Of a DNA stretch of 64,000 nt, positions 1 through 10,151 are shown piece after piece. The position numbers and the translations under genes were made by a program. Numbering within the stretch: position 1 is the first letter of the stretch; each line of letters opens with the position of its first letter. Source of the stretch: Firmicutes bacterium ADurb.Bin080 (lineage in GTDB: Bacteria > Bacillota > Clostridia > Christensenellales > DTU072). The notes beneath the pieces were generated by a model. That model did no database searches, was not told the DNA's origin, and saw nothing but the letters and a program-made list of their open reading frames with translations. The stretch lies in NCBI GenBank assembly GCA_002070965.1, contig MWEH01000095.1, forward strand, positions 6,349-70,348, read 5' to 3'.

Positions 1-362
1 GCGAAAACAATCCTGAACTTCAACAAATAGCTATAATCGGACTTGAACTATACTTTACCGCCATATTATTTATGGGATTCAATACCATCACCTCAACTTT
101 CTTTACCTCAATTGAAAGACCCATCCCTGCACAAATTATATCTGTATTGAAAGGACTTGTAATAATTATCCCCATGGCTATTTTGATGTCTTCCCTGCTA
201 GGAATTACAGGGGTCTGGTTGTCTTTCCCTGCAAGCGAAGGAATCGTCGCGATAGTTTCCTTAATTCTTATTCTCATATCAAGAAAGGCTTGGGGGAAAC
301 ATAATTCTGACAATCTCTTGCCCATTACTCCTGTCTTAATAGACCCTTCTAGAAAGAACTAA
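1..362 (+). CDS. MATE-type efflux transporter, C-terminal fragment (5' end outside window)
   Basis: The frame is open from the window edge to the stop at 360-362. The product is a run of hydrophobic helices (..FMGFNTITSTFFTSIERPIPAQIISVLKGLVIIIPMAILMSSLLGITGVWLSFPASEGIV..) like the last TM helices of MATE exporters. Confidence 0.55.
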   Translation, partial: ENNPELQQIAIIGLELYFTAILFMGFNTITSTFFTSIERPIPAQIISVLKGLVIIIPMAILMSSLLGITGVWLSFPASEGIVAIVSLILILISRKAWGKHNSDNLLPITPVLIDPSRKN

Positions 363-505
363 ATTTAAAAAAATAGACTAGTTTTCTCACAATACTTAGT
401 AATTACTTTTTGAACTCAATCCTCTATATTAAAAAAATAGGGGTTACATTTTAGTTAAAAGTAATGTATATTATTAAGAGTTATATTTTGGAGGGACCTT
501 TTTCA

Positions 506-2056
506 ATGAACAGTAAACTCAGTAATATTGGTCATAAAATTTTTGGAACAAAGCCAAATGACGGTGATATTCAGCCAATTGAGGGAGTTGCCTTTGGCAT
601 AGCTGGTTTTGGACAAAATCTCATTTGTACAATAATAGGCTCCTACTTAACAATATTTATGACAGATGCCATCGGATTTCCTGCGCTATCGGTGGCTTTT
701 TTAATGTTATTTACCCGTCTTTTCGATGCCCTCAACGACCCAATTATGGGAAGTATAGTAGACAGAACAAGAACCAAATGGGGAAAATGCCGTCCATTCC
801 TTCTATGGATGCCCATTCCAATTGCGGTAATGACAATCCTATGCTTTCTTCCAATATATCCTAACAACCCCGGCGGTTTCGCAGCAATATCGGTTGTATA
901 TGTTGTATGGAGCGTTGTATACACAATAGCTGATGTACCCTACTGGGGATTATCTACAGCGATGACATCAAATACTGTAAAAAGAGCTAATATGCTTACT
1001 GTAGCGAGGCTACTTTGTACAGCCGGCGCTGGATTAGTCACAGTAATCGTGCCTTTAATCACTGGGCCTATCTCTGTTCAATATGGCACTGATGCCGGCC
1101 CCCGTCTAGCAAATGTATATTTTATAGTGGCAATAATTCTTTGTGTTGTTGCATTTCCAATGTTTCTTTTTGGATTCTACAAAACTCGCGAGAGAATGAT
1201 GTCCACTGATGCACCACCCTCTCTTAAACACAATCTGAAGCTCCTGGTAAAAAATAAACCCCTTTTACTCATAGTTATTTCAGGAATTCTAGGCTCAGCA
1301 AAGATGGCTTACACATATACTGGCGGTTTGTATTTTGCAAAATATGTTTTAGCCGATGTTTTCTTCTTAGGGATGAGAGGAGAACAACTTTACACAATTA
1401 TTACTATGGCTGCAGTCCCAGGAGGCTTGGTCGCTTCCTTAATGGTACCCTGGTTTGCCCAAAGATTTGGGAAAAGGAATACTTACATCTATTCCCACAT
1501 AGTAGGATCATTAATGATGTTCGTTTTATTCTTTGTAGGAATTGCTAATAAATCCTCCCTATATACCGACCCCACTACCCTTATAGTTGGACTAATTAGT
1601 CTTGTTATTATTGGTATTCCGATGGGCTTTGGTAATATCATAACCTATGCAATGATAGGAGATACAGTAGAATATTTGGAGCTAAAAACTGGAGAACGCG
1701 CTGAAGGGATTTGTTTTGCCATGCAAACTTTTATAAACAAAATAGGTATGGCAGTTGGTGCCTTTATTGGAGTCTTAGCCTACTATATGGCTGATGTCAC
1801 CCCAAATAATCCAGGAGCCCTTGATCCAAAAGGAAAGGATATTATGTGGATTATGCTTGTGCTTCTTGGGGCGATAAGCCTTGTAGGGACAGCCATCCCA
1901 TTATTCTTTTACAAATTTAATGAGAAGAACCAAAAAGCTGCTATTGACATTATAATGGAGAGAAGAAAGCTTGCCGAAGAAACAGGCAAGACTGTTCAAC
2001 AAATAATTGCAGAAGAAACAACTGATAGGGTCTCTGAAATACTTACAAAGAAATAA
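506..2056 (+). CDS. glycoside-pentoside-hexuronide (GPH) family sugar:cation symporter
   Basis: 12-TM protein with MelB/YicJ-like motifs (GFGQNLI.., FTRLFDALNDPIMGSIVDRT..GKCRPFLLW). Start moved to the ATG at 506, which follows GGAGGG. Confidence 0.8.
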   Translation: MNSKLSNIGHKIFGTKPNDGDIQPIEGVAFGIAGFGQNLICTIIGSYLTIFMTDAIGFPALSVAFLMLFTRLFDALNDPIMGSIVDRTRTKWGKCRPFLLWMPIPIAVMTILCFLPIYPNNPGGFAAISVVYVVWSVVYTIADVPYWGLSTAMTSNTVKRANMLTVARLLCTAGAGLVTVIVPLITGPISVQYGTDAGPRLANVYFIVAIILCVVAFPMFLFGFYKTRERMMSTDAPPSLKHNLKLLVKNKPLLLIVISGILGSAKMAYTYTGGLYFAKYVLADVFFLGMRGEQLYTIITMAAVPGGLVASLMVPWFAQRFGKRNTYIYSHIVGSLMMFVLFFVGIANKSSLYTDPTTLIVGLISLVIIGIPMGFGNIITYAMIGDTVEYLELKTGERAEGICFAMQTFINKIGMAVGAFIGVLAYYMADVTPNNPGALDPKGKDIMWIMLVLLGAISLVGTAIPLFFYKFNEKNQKAAIDIIMERRKLAEETGKTVQQIIAEETTDRVSEILTKK

Positions 2057-2077
2057 TCCTTTATCCCTCATCTATAC

Positions 2078-2108
2078 AAAAGGACCGGAATAACCGGTCC
2101 TTTTTTTT
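2078..2108 (+). terminator. rho-independent terminator after the GPH transporter gene
   Basis: GGACCGG / CCGGTCC stem (2082-2088 / 2094-2100) followed by T8 (2101-2108). The A-run upstream makes it potentially bidirectional. Confidence 0.8.
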
Positions 2109-2125
2109 ACCTTTAAGATATAATT

Positions 2126-2298
2126 GGTCCGAGGTTCCTCTAAATATCATCCGGCAAAACATCACCTCTGTCCTTTGTGATTTGTCAGAGATTCCTCTAA
2201 ATGTCATCGGATATAATATCATCTCTGTCCTTTTTTCATTGGCCCGAGATTGCACTAAATGTCCCCCGATAAAATATCATCTCTGTCCTTTTTGTATT
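2126..2298. repeat. three tandem copies (57-58 bp period) spanning the stop codon of the SDR gene
   Basis: On the minus strand the units read KKDRDDILSGDI-TAG (the real gene end, stop 2255-2257), KKDRDDIISDDI-TAG (stop 2197-2199) and TKDRGDVLPDDI-TAG (stop 2140-2142). Confidence 0.9.
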
Positions 2299-3055
2299 CT
2301 TTGAATTTTTTCTTTTCTAAAGCCAAATAGATTTTTTTAATCAAAGGGCATATAGACATTAAAGCTTTTGAAAAAACAAAAATCGGTGATGGACGAACTT
2401 TCTTACACCCCCTCTCAACACCTCTTACAAATTTTTCAGCAACCGGTTTAACATCTTGCACTGGGAAAGGCTTTTTATATGGGATTGGACAAGATGTCTT
2501 AAAAAAATTAGTGTCTGTTGCTATAGGATACAAACAAGTAATCTGAATATTTTCTGGCTTTTCCATCATTATGGATTGTCTAACACCATTTAGGGCATAC
2601 TTCGTTGCTGAATATAAGGCAAATCCAGGCATAGCCATTTCCCCAATAGCAGACACTGTCATTCCAAATATTCCTTTTTTACCATCCAAATATTGCCTAT
2701 ATTTCTGATAGGAATAAATGGGTGATATTACGTTAGTATTAAATATATCTCTGATTCTTTCCCAACTAGCATAATTCATTTCTTCATAATATGCGTAACC
2801 TGCATTAGCAAAAAAGAAATCTATCCCTCCCATTTTATCTATAGCATAGCTGAACAAATCATCAACAGCCTTTTCGCTACTTACATCAACACTATATGGA
2901 ATGACCTTATCCGATTTAATTACTTCAAGCTGATCAGTTTCCTTATCTGCAGCCACAATCAAATTCCCTTCTTTTTTCATCAGTATCTTCATGACTGCAA
3001 GTCCAATTCCACTGTTAGCCCCAGTAACAATAATTTTCATGTTTTCAATTTTCAT
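2255..3055 (-). CDS. SDR family oxidoreductase
   Basis: N-terminal TGANSGIG Rossmann motif and YSATK catalytic motif. Start set at the ATG at 3055 (MKIENMKIIVTG), preceded by GAGGTG. Confidence 0.8.
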   Translation of the reverse strand: MKIENMKIIVTGANSGIGLAVMKILMKKEGNLIVAADKETDQLEVIKSDKVIPYSVDVSSEKAVDDLFSYAIDKMGGIDFFFANAGYAYYEEMNYASWERIRDIFNTNVISPIYSYQKYRQYLDGKKGIFGMTVSAIGEMAMPGFALYSATKYALNGVRQSIMMEKPENIQITCLYPIATDTNFFKTSCPIPYKKPFPVQDVKPVAEKFVRGVERGCKKVRPSPIFVFSKALMSICPLIKKIYLALEKKKFKEYKKDRDDILSGDI

Positions 3056-3080
3056 ATTCACCTCAATAATATTTCCATTA

Positions 3081-3106
3081 AAAAAAAGCGAGTAAAACCT
3101 ACTCGC
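3081..3106 (-). terminator. terminator after the lipase-like gene
   Basis: GCGAGTA / TACTCGC stem (3088-3094 / 3100-3106), followed on the minus strand by a T7 run (complement of 3081-3087). Confidence 0.65.
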
Positions 3107-3122
3107 TTCCTTTCTTTTAGAA

Positions 3123-4556
3123 TTAAGCTCTTGCTGGATACCATAATTTTTCAAGGGCATTGAAGCTATTTAGAACGGCTTCATCAAGGACCTCATATGA
3201 AATGGCTTCTGCAACATTCTCATAATCATAAAGAATTGCGTAATGGTCATGCCCCTCAAAATACTGGGTGTTTTCTGGGTCGAAATCTCCAACTGTTGCC
3301 GAAACTGAAAGTACAACGCCATCTCCCTTCAATGAATCTTCCATATGATCTAAAATTACATCACCAGTCATCGGATTTGTTACATAGTATATTTTATATC
3401 CACCAGCCTTTCCAGAACCGTTAATATATGTTGTGTCTACAAGTTTAGTAGAGAATATCTTGCTCCCATCCTTTTGAGTAACATACATTGCATCCCTTGA
3501 TTCAAGCCACTGTTCCATCGGAGGTCTTAAATCTCCCCCTTCTAATTTTGCCCAAGGCCTGGTGCAATAGAACTCCCAAAGTTCTTGTTGGCTTTCAAAG
3601 TCCATTCTTTCCCCATCTAGATATATTCCCGCAAGTTCCCCTTGAAATTCAGTATTGAAAACCTCATACGACGGTAATAATTGGTATGGAGTCCACATAT
3701 TTACAAGAGAAAGAAATTGGTTTGTAAATACTGAATCAATATTATTGGATAGTCCTTCTAAGGCGGAAATTCCCAATCCGCTAATCGCATCCTTAACCCC
3801 TGCAATCATCCCATTTACATTTTCAAGTATAGAAATACCCGCAACAGAGCCCAGAAGGGGAGAATGATAACTCACGAACTTAGATACTTTCTTCCTGTTC
3901 TTTTCGCTTTTTGCTAAGTAGGTTGCGACCACCGGCCCACCATTACTGTGAGCAGCCAATATTACCTCGGTGTATTTCATTTCATCTATATACTCTTCAA
4001 GCTTATCGGCATTATATCTGGTGTCTTTTCTAAAGTCATAGTTAAATATCTGAACATCATATACATCCCCATATCTATTATACAAGGATTCCCACATATC
4101 TTTTTGCGCATTAATAACCCCGTATCTCCATCTGCTCTGATCCGACCACGGAACCCTTTCAATAGTGGGAATTGTAGATGTACCATCCGGATTCATGGCT
4201 ATCATATTTAATAAACTATCCGGCTCTCCTACTCCTCCGTTAGCCATTATCTTTCCCAACTCTTCTTGGACCACTTTGTTTCTAATTAACCCTAAAACCC
4301 CTGCCAAATTAATACCATCTGCATTCATAACCGTAGAAAAAGAAACATTCTCTAGCCCTTCAAAATTATCCCAGATATAATCTCCAGTCTCAGTATCGTA
4401 CAAACCGCTTCCAAAAAGACCAGGTAAAATAATTAAAGCTCTTTTCTGATATGCGTAAGTCAAGTATGAGCCGCCAAAGAGTCCACCCAGCCCAAGCACA
4501 ACCGCTATAACCGCCGAAAGCACTATTAAAATTATCTTCTTTTTCCCAAATCCCAT
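3123..4556 (-). CDS. membrane-anchored alpha/beta hydrolase, LCAT/lipase-like
   Basis: N-terminal TM anchor (KKIILIVLSAVIAVVLGLGGLFGG), LILPGLFGSGLYD segment and nucleophile elbow AHSNGG (GxSxG type). RBS AAGGAG lies upstream of the ATG. Confidence 0.6.
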   Translation of the reverse strand: MGFGKKKIILIVLSAVIAVVLGLGGLFGGSYLTYAYQKRALIILPGLFGSGLYDTETGDYIWDNFEGLENVSFSTVMNADGINLAGVLGLIRNKVVQEELGKIMANGGVGEPDSLLNMIAMNPDGTSTIPTIERVPWSDQSRWRYGVINAQKDMWESLYNRYGDVYDVQIFNYDFRKDTRYNADKLEEYIDEMKYTEVILAAHSNGGPVVATYLAKSEKNRKKVSKFVSYHSPLLGSVAGISILENVNGMIAGVKDAISGLGISALEGLSNNIDSVFTNQFLSLVNMWTPYQLLPSYEVFNTEFQGELAGIYLDGERMDFESQQELWEFYCTRPWAKLEGGDLRPPMEQWLESRDAMYVTQKDGSKIFSTKLVDTTYINGSGKAGGYKIYYVTNPMTGDVILDHMEDSLKGDGVVLSVSATVGDFDPENTQYFEGHDHYAILYDYENVAEAISYEVLDEAVLNSFNALEKLWYPARA

Positions 4557-4753
4557 ATCAAATCTCCTTAGCCATATATGTAAATATGATATACTATATG
4601 TTAGTCTAAATCAACATTTTTTATTTCAACCAAATTAAAAAATCAAGGCTGTTAATCTTTGGGTATTAAAAATATAGGGATACCATACTTGCATTTATGG
4701 AACCCCTATTCTTCATTATCAAACTTTTTTATTTACTACATAACCAGTAATTG

Positions 4754-6409
4754 TTAAAACAATCCTTCAATGATTCCTTCATCACTGATCGACATTTTTA
4801 TTGCTCCGGGAGTTTTTGACAAGCCCGGCATCAGCAACATTGAACCTGCAAGTGCTACAATAAACTCGGCACCCGTACGAACCTCTATATCTCTAACATG
4901 AAAAGTAAATCCCTCGGGAGCACCAAGTATCCCCGAATCATCGGTAAGAGAGTATTGAGTTTTGGCTATGCAAACTGGATAATTCTCATACCCCGATCCT
5001 TTAAGCATATCAATTTTTATCATCGCTTCATCAGTGTATTCCACATCTTTTGCCCCATAGATTTCTTTGGCAATCTTTTCAATTTTTCCCTTAATGCTGT
5101 CCTCTAAGTTATATACATACCTTATATCGGACTTTTTTTCCGCCAATTTTACTACCTTTCGGGCTAGTTTTATAGACCCTTCACCACCCTTTGAAAATGC
5201 TTCTGATATTTCAAATTCAGCTCCCCTTTGCTCACAATAATCCCTTATAAATTGAATTTCCTTATCGGTATCTGACGCAAATCTGTTTAAAGCTACAATT
5301 ACGGGTAATCCTATTTTTTTAGAAAGGTTATCAATGTGTTTCCCTAAATTCACTATTCCCTTTTCTAGAAACTCCAGATTTTCTATACTTAAATTTTCTT
5401 TGATTCCTGACCCGTTATATTTCAGTGCTTTCACGCTGGCAACTATCACAGCTACTTTGGGGAACATTCCAAGAGCCCGGCACTTGATATCTATAAATTT
5501 TTCTGCTCCCAGATCTGCTCCGAAACCTGCCTCCGTCACTACATAATCAGCAATCGTAAGGGCAGTTTTTGTAGCTATAACGCTATTACATCCGTGTGCA
5601 ATATTTGCAAAAGGACCTCCATGTATTATTGCCGGGGTTCCCTCCAGAGTCTGAACTAAATTTGGTTTTAACGCCTCTTTTACCAATATAGTAACAGCTT
5701 CTTCAATTTTTAAATCCCCGCAAGTAACCGGCTGATTATCAATATTTCTTCCGATACAGCTGTTTTTCACCCTTCTTTTAAAGTCTTTTAGGTCTTTAGC
5801 TAAGCAGAAAATTGCCATCATTTGACTTGCTGCGGTAATATTGAATCCATCCCTTCTGGGAATTCCGTTTGGGCCCCCTCCTTCAGCAACAGAAACACTT
5901 CTGAGGGCTCGATCATTTAAATCAATACACCTCTTCCAGGTAATTTTCTCAGGATCAATTCTAAGTTCATTTCCCTGGGTCAAATGATTATCAATTATTG
6001 ATGAAACCAGATTGTTTGCGGTAGTAATGGCATGAAAATCCCCTGTAAAATGAAGGTTTATCTCCTCCATTGGGACCACTTGGGAGTATCCTCCGCCCGC
6101 AGCTCCTCCTTTTATTCCGAAAACCGGGCCTAAAGAGGGCTCTCTTAACGCAAGACAGGATTTTTTTCCAATTTTTCTAAGCCCATCGGCGAGACCTATT
6201 GCAATAGTAGTCTTTCCTTCCCCTTGAGCAGTGGGATTAATAGCAGTTACTAAAATTAGATTATCTGATTTTGGTTCGGCCTTTATATTCAGCTTTGCCT
6301 TATTTCTACCATATAAGTCAAAATCTTCTTCTTTCAAACCAAGCGAAAGAGCTATTTCGCGAATGGGTTTTACTTCTCTCTCCCGTGCAATTTCTATATC
6401 CGATTTCAT
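4754..6409 (-). CDS. fhs: formate--tetrahydrofolate ligase
   Basis: Full-length 551-aa product with the typical Fhs N-terminus (MKSDIEIA...KPI.EIA..LGL) and P-loop region PTAQGEGKTT. Confidence 0.95.
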   Translation of the reverse strand: MKSDIEIAREREVKPIREIALSLGLKEEDFDLYGRNKAKLNIKAEPKSDNLILVTAINPTAQGEGKTTIAIGLADGLRKIGKKSCLALREPSLGPVFGIKGGAAGGGYSQVVPMEEINLHFTGDFHAITTANNLVSSIIDNHLTQGNELRIDPEKITWKRCIDLNDRALRSVSVAEGGGPNGIPRRDGFNITAASQMMAIFCLAKDLKDFKRRVKNSCIGRNIDNQPVTCGDLKIEEAVTILVKEALKPNLVQTLEGTPAIIHGGPFANIAHGCNSVIATKTALTIADYVVTEAGFGADLGAEKFIDIKCRALGMFPKVAVIVASVKALKYNGSGIKENLSIENLEFLEKGIVNLGKHIDNLSKKIGLPVIVALNRFASDTDKEIQFIRDYCEQRGAEFEISEAFSKGGEGSIKLARKVVKLAEKKSDIRYVYNLEDSIKGKIEKIAKEIYGAKDVEYTDEAMIKIDMLKGSGYENYPVCIAKTQYSLTDDSGILGAPEGFTFHVRDIEVRTGAEFIVALAGSMLLMPGLSKTPGAIKMSISDEGIIEGLF

Positions 6410-6560
6410 TCCCTAACTCTCCTTTTATTATTTCCAACGGTATTATATCACAAATAGCCATTATTATTCCCTTAAGTGCCACTATATAATTATTTTTGAA
6501 TTCTTTCTTTCCCAATAAATCTGCCCCATTTGTAAAACCTCTCAATTATGTAAAAGGCAC

Positions 6561-6585
6561 AAAAAAACCGGCTCATGCCGGTTTT
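6561..6585 (-). terminator. terminator after the P-II-like gene
   Basis: AAACCGGC / GCCGGTTT stem (6565-6572 / 6577-6584), with a T-run on the minus strand (complement of A7 at 6561-6567). Confidence 0.75.
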
Positions 6586-6609
6586 ACTTCAATATAATCC
6601 GAAAGATCA

Positions 6610-6963
6610 CTAGTTATTGGGTTTTATTAAAAATATATCATCAACAGGCATACTGAACATAAAACCTATAGCTCTTTTATTACAGGGTTGAAGAATCTTT
6701 CTAACCTCAGTTACTACCTCTGCAACCTGATCATCTTTCATTACCGTAATAATTGTTTTTGAGTTCTTCTTATCTTCCGGGTCGGACTGACCGTAAAAGG
6801 TGTTATGGTGCATCGCAGCAAACAAATCTGATTTTCTTGTTATTGCAGAAGCCATTCCCTCACTTTCAAGGATTGTTGCTCCTTTAATGTTTTTTTGCAG
6901 AAACATCTCTAAAATCGCTTGTATGTACTGAGTCTCTCTTAAGATGATGAATAATGCTTTCAT
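6610..6963 (-). CDS. P-II-like small signalling protein (DarA/PstA/YaaQ-like)
   Basis: 117 aa. The N-terminus MKALFIIL..(beta-alpha)..KGATILESEGM and C-terminus GFMFSMPVDDIF resemble the YaaQ/DarA pattern (..ATKLATTGGF.. / ..VFVMPVD..). Confidence 0.45.
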   Translation of the reverse strand: MKALFIILRETQYIQAILEMFLQKNIKGATILESEGMASAITRKSDLFAAMHHNTFYGQSDPEDKKNSKTIITVMKDDQVAEVVTEVRKILQPCNKRAIGFMFSMPVDDIFLIKPNN

Positions 6964-7085
6964 TTTTACACCCCATGTTCTTTTATACCTTTATTCTACT
7001 ACAAAACGAAGACGATAAAATACCCCAATCGAAAAATACACAAAAAATTCATTTACCTTGGTATACAGAGAAAAACATTTTATGA

Positions 7086-7373
7086 TTACTTTTTATCAGA
7101 AGAACTTTTTGGTCTTCCAAGTACTCTGACGTATCCTTTGCCGTATTGGACACAGCGGCTAACCCTACTTAAAGTCGCAGAAGAGATATCCGTTTCGGCA
7201 ATAACTTGATTGTATGTTTTGCCTTCTAATAAAAGTTTAGCGGCCTTTACTCTTTGAGCCATCTGCTCGACCTCTTTTTTGGTGCATAAATCATCAAAGA
7301 AGAACTCACAATCCCTAATGTTGTCAATACCAACAATAATCTCATAAAGTTCCCCAAAAACACTCTTTTCCAT
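7086..7373 (-). CDS. TrpR-like YerC/YecD family protein
   Basis: 95 aa with the characteristic ..FFDDLCT..E...MAQR...AKLL..G.TY..I...T..S.ATLSRV.R.. pattern. Confidence 0.75.
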   Translation of the reverse strand: MEKSVFGELYEIIVGIDNIRDCEFFFDDLCTKKEVEQMAQRVKAAKLLLEGKTYNQVIAETDISSATLSRVSRCVQYGKGYVRVLGRPKSSSDKK

Positions 7374-7449
7374 TTACACCCTCCCGAGTAGAGCATGTTT
7401 TAATTATACTTTAATACACTAATTAAGTAAAGACTCAACTATCAGAAAT

Positions 7450-7535
7450 GAGCTAAAGAAATATCAAAAATTTAATCTGCTATCATAAGTGAGCTCACAC
7501 CAAATATGAAAAGTTTAATCCGCCATACTATCTTT
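7450..7535. repeat. two tandem copies (about 43 bp period) spanning the stop codon of the methyltransferase gene
   Basis: gagctaaagaaatatcaaaaatttaatctgctatcataagt versus gagctcacaccaaatatgaaaagtttaatccgccatactatc. Real stop at 7515-7517, copy stop triplet at 7472-7474. Confidence 0.75.
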
Positions 7536-8678
7536 TAGAATTGTTTTTTTGGGGGCAGCACCAAAGTACTGAAAAAGATTACACTCTATTTCTGAGTTAT
7601 ATAACTTTCTTTTTTTATCTGCTCTTTTTCCAAAGCTTTTTTCTGTATCCTTAAACGAGGAAAGAATATATGCGCTCCATGAATCAAGAGATTCATACAT
7701 TTTGAAAAAATCTCTATATAACAAACCTATATCTCCTTCGTTCAGTCTCTCTCCATACGGGGGATTCGTAATTATGATCCCGTGTGAAAAACGCGAAGAA
7801 AAAGACCTCATATCTGCCTTTTGAAAATGAATATACTTTGACACCCCTGCTCCTTCGGCATGTTTCACAGCTAAACCAATGGCCTTTGGATCAATATCAT
7901 ATCCATATATCCTAAGTTGTTTGTCTTTAATTAAACTCTTGGCTTCCTCTATGGTATTTTCGAATATCTCCTTTCCTCCGGGGAAGGACTCATACGCAAA
8001 ATGACGATTTATACCCGGAGCAATCTCATTCCCTATCAGCGCAGCCTCAATAGGTATGGTTCCGGAGCCAGTGAAAGGGTCAAGAAGTACCCTGTCATCC
8101 TTCCAATACGATAAAAGGATAATTCCCGCAGCGAGTGTTTCTCTTAGGGGAGCTCTTCCAACATATGTTCTATATCCCCTTTTGTGAAGGGACTCTCCCG
8201 ATGTATCCAAAAACACTGTGACTATATCTGAATTAATAGAAATCTCTACAACTAGGTTGTTTTCAGTTTCTGGAAGGCGTGTTAAATTTTTCCTTTTCAT
8301 AATACGTGCCGCAATAGCTTTTTTTGTAATGCTTTGAACACTGGAAGGAGCCATCAAAGTGCTTTTCAACACCTTTGCTAGGACCGTTATTCCCTGCCCA
8401 TTTGGGATAATATCCTCCCAAGGAATCACAGAAATCTCCTCATATAGCGTATCAAAAGTATCAGCTTTGAAAGATGCCAGAATGATGAATACTCTACTTG
8501 CCGTTCTTAGGAACATATTTGCTCTGGCTACATCCTTAAGGGTTCCTTGGAAAGGGATCCTCCCGTTTATTGCCCCCTCGCAAAAAAGACCATTAGCTGT
8601 CATCTCTCTTTTAAGGACAGCCTCCAGTCCGCTTTGTACGCTTGCGCATAATTTCAAATTTGCAGAATAATAATCCAT
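7515..8678 (-). CDS. THUMP-domain class I SAM-dependent RNA methyltransferase (RlmL/YpsC-like)
   Basis: SAM-binding DPFTGSGTI and catalytic NPPYGERL motifs. The N-terminal region is THUMP-like. Confidence 0.8.
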   Translation of the reverse strand: MDYYSANLKLCASVQSGLEAVLKREMTANGLFCEGAINGRIPFQGTLKDVARANMFLRTASRVFIILASFKADTFDTLYEEISVIPWEDIIPNGQGITVLAKVLKSTLMAPSSVQSITKKAIAARIMKRKNLTRLPETENNLVVEISINSDIVTVFLDTSGESLHKRGYRTYVGRAPLRETLAAGIILLSYWKDDRVLLDPFTGSGTIPIEAALIGNEIAPGINRHFAYESFPGGKEIFENTIEEAKSLIKDKQLRIYGYDIDPKAIGLAVKHAEGAGVSKYIHFQKADMRSFSSRFSHGIIITNPPYGERLNEGDIGLLYRDFFKMYESLDSWSAYILSSFKDTEKSFGKRADKKRKLYNSEIECNLFQYFGAAPKKTILKDSMAD

Positions 8679-8830
8679 AACAGAATGATTATATCACATA
8701 GCTGTCCCAGTTAATAACAACATACACTATCAAATATTTCGCATATTTATTTTTCCACAAGCATTTAATTCATCTTTTATATATTCCTCATGTTAATTTT
8801 TAGCCCCCTTTTGATTCATCCTCGGTTTAA

Positions 8831-8925
8831 GTATCAAGCACTGGGAGGCATTCCTTTCTTTACTCATTTGATTTATCTTATTTTTATGTATCAGCATTGT
8901 AAGGGCTGCCTTTCTTTACTCATTT
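8831..8925. repeat. two degenerate direct copies (about 57 bp period) in a divergent intergenic region
   Basis: gtatcaagcactgggaggcattcctttctttactcattt (8831-8869) versus gtatcagcattgtaagggctgcctttctttactcattt (8888-8925). Confidence 0.7.
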
Positions 8926-8984
8926 CCTTTTTGGTGATAATATTGTAACTGTTAAACAAAAAAATACTCTTAACCAGGAAAAAT

Positions 8985-10151
8985 ATGCTAAAACTCTTTA
9001 AAAAAGTCTTTATTAAGGATTATCAAAATACAACAAGTTCAAAGGTTCGTTACTCTTACGGTGTATCAGCTGGTCTTTTTGGCGTTATATCTAACATTCT
9101 GATGGCAATTGGAAAAGCTGTTGCCGGAATTCTGAGTGGTAGTATAGCGATCATTGGGGATGCCGTAAATAATCTATCAGACACAGCTTCCTCCGTTACT
9201 ACTGTAATAGGATTTAAGATTGCTGCAAAACCGGCAGATAAAGATCATCCTTATGGCCACGCTAGATTTGAATATGTTACCGGATTAATAATAGCAACCG
9301 TTATGATAATCGTTGGAATAACCGTTGGTAAGTCAGCCATAGATAAAATTATTGCCCCAACAGACATCAGTATCTCAGCTCTCACTTACGGGATTCTTTC
9401 GGTTTCAGTCCTATTTAAGTTGTTTCAAATGTTTCTGTATAAAGACTTTGGGAAAAGTATAAAAAGCGAGGCCTTGATAGCTGCGGGACAAGACAGCAGG
9501 AATGATATTATATCGACTTTGGCAGTAATCGCAAGCTCAATAGTAATTAACACTACCGGAATAAATATTAACGGGTATATGGGGATTGCCGTATCTCTAT
9601 TCATCATAGTATCCTCTGTTATGCTTCTAAAAGATTCCATTAACCCTCTGCTTGGAGAAAAACCCGATAAGGCTCTGGTCAAATCTATCCGCAACAAACT
9701 GCTATCCTACGATTCAGTCAGAGGAATCCACGATTTAATGATTCATGATTATGGGGTCAACACTTGTTTTGCCATTGTTCATGTGGAAATTGACTGCAGG
9801 GAGGACATGCTTAAGGCACACGACCTGATTGATAATATCGAAAAGGACTTCTTAAACGAAATGGGAATTCACCTGGTAATTCACATGGACCCTGTTGATA
9901 CCGAAAATGAAGAGACCAACTTTCATCTGAAAAAGTGTACTGCTCTGCTTAATTCTCTGGACCCCTCAATATCCCTTCATGATTTCAGAATGGTTCCAGG
10001 ACATACTCACACCAATATTATTTTTGATGTGGAAGTACCCTTTGAAAGCAAGGAAACCTCGCTAACCATAAAGGAATATTTCGAGAATGCCTACCGCAAT
10101 GAATCTCAAAAATACTTCTTTGTCATCGAATTCGATAGACCACAGTCATAG
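8985..10151 (+). CDS. cation diffusion facilitator (CDF) family metal transporter
   Basis: Six TM helices with AIIGDAVNNLSD and DKDHPYGHARFE motifs typical of CzcD/FieF-type CDF proteins, plus a cytoplasmic C-terminal domain. Confidence 0.85.
   Translation: MLKLFKKVFIKDYQNTTSSKVRYSYGVSAGLFGVISNILMAIGKAVAGILSGSIAIIGDAVNNLSDTASSVTTVIGFKIAAKPADKDHPYGHARFEYVTGLIIATVMIIVGITVGKSAIDKIIAPTDISISALTYGILSVSVLFKLFQMFLYKDFGKSIKSEALIAAGQDSRNDIISTLAVIASSIVINTTGININGYMGIAVSLFIIVSSVMLLKDSINPLLGEKPDKALVKSIRNKLLSYDSVRGIHDLMIHDYGVNTCFAIVHVEIDCREDMLKAHDLIDNIEKDFLNEMGIHLVIHMDPVDTENEETNFHLKKCTALLNSLDPSISLHDFRMVPGHTHTNIIFDVEVPFESKETSLTIKEYFENAYRNESQKYFFVIEFDRPQS

Noticed and set aside
2126-2298. The tandem repeats as a CRISPR array or a DGR template/variable repeat pair
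   Set aside because: The units are directly adjacent without unique spacers, and no cas genes are present. No reverse transcriptase is in the window, and the differences between copies are not adenine-specific. The affected genes are housekeeping enzymes.
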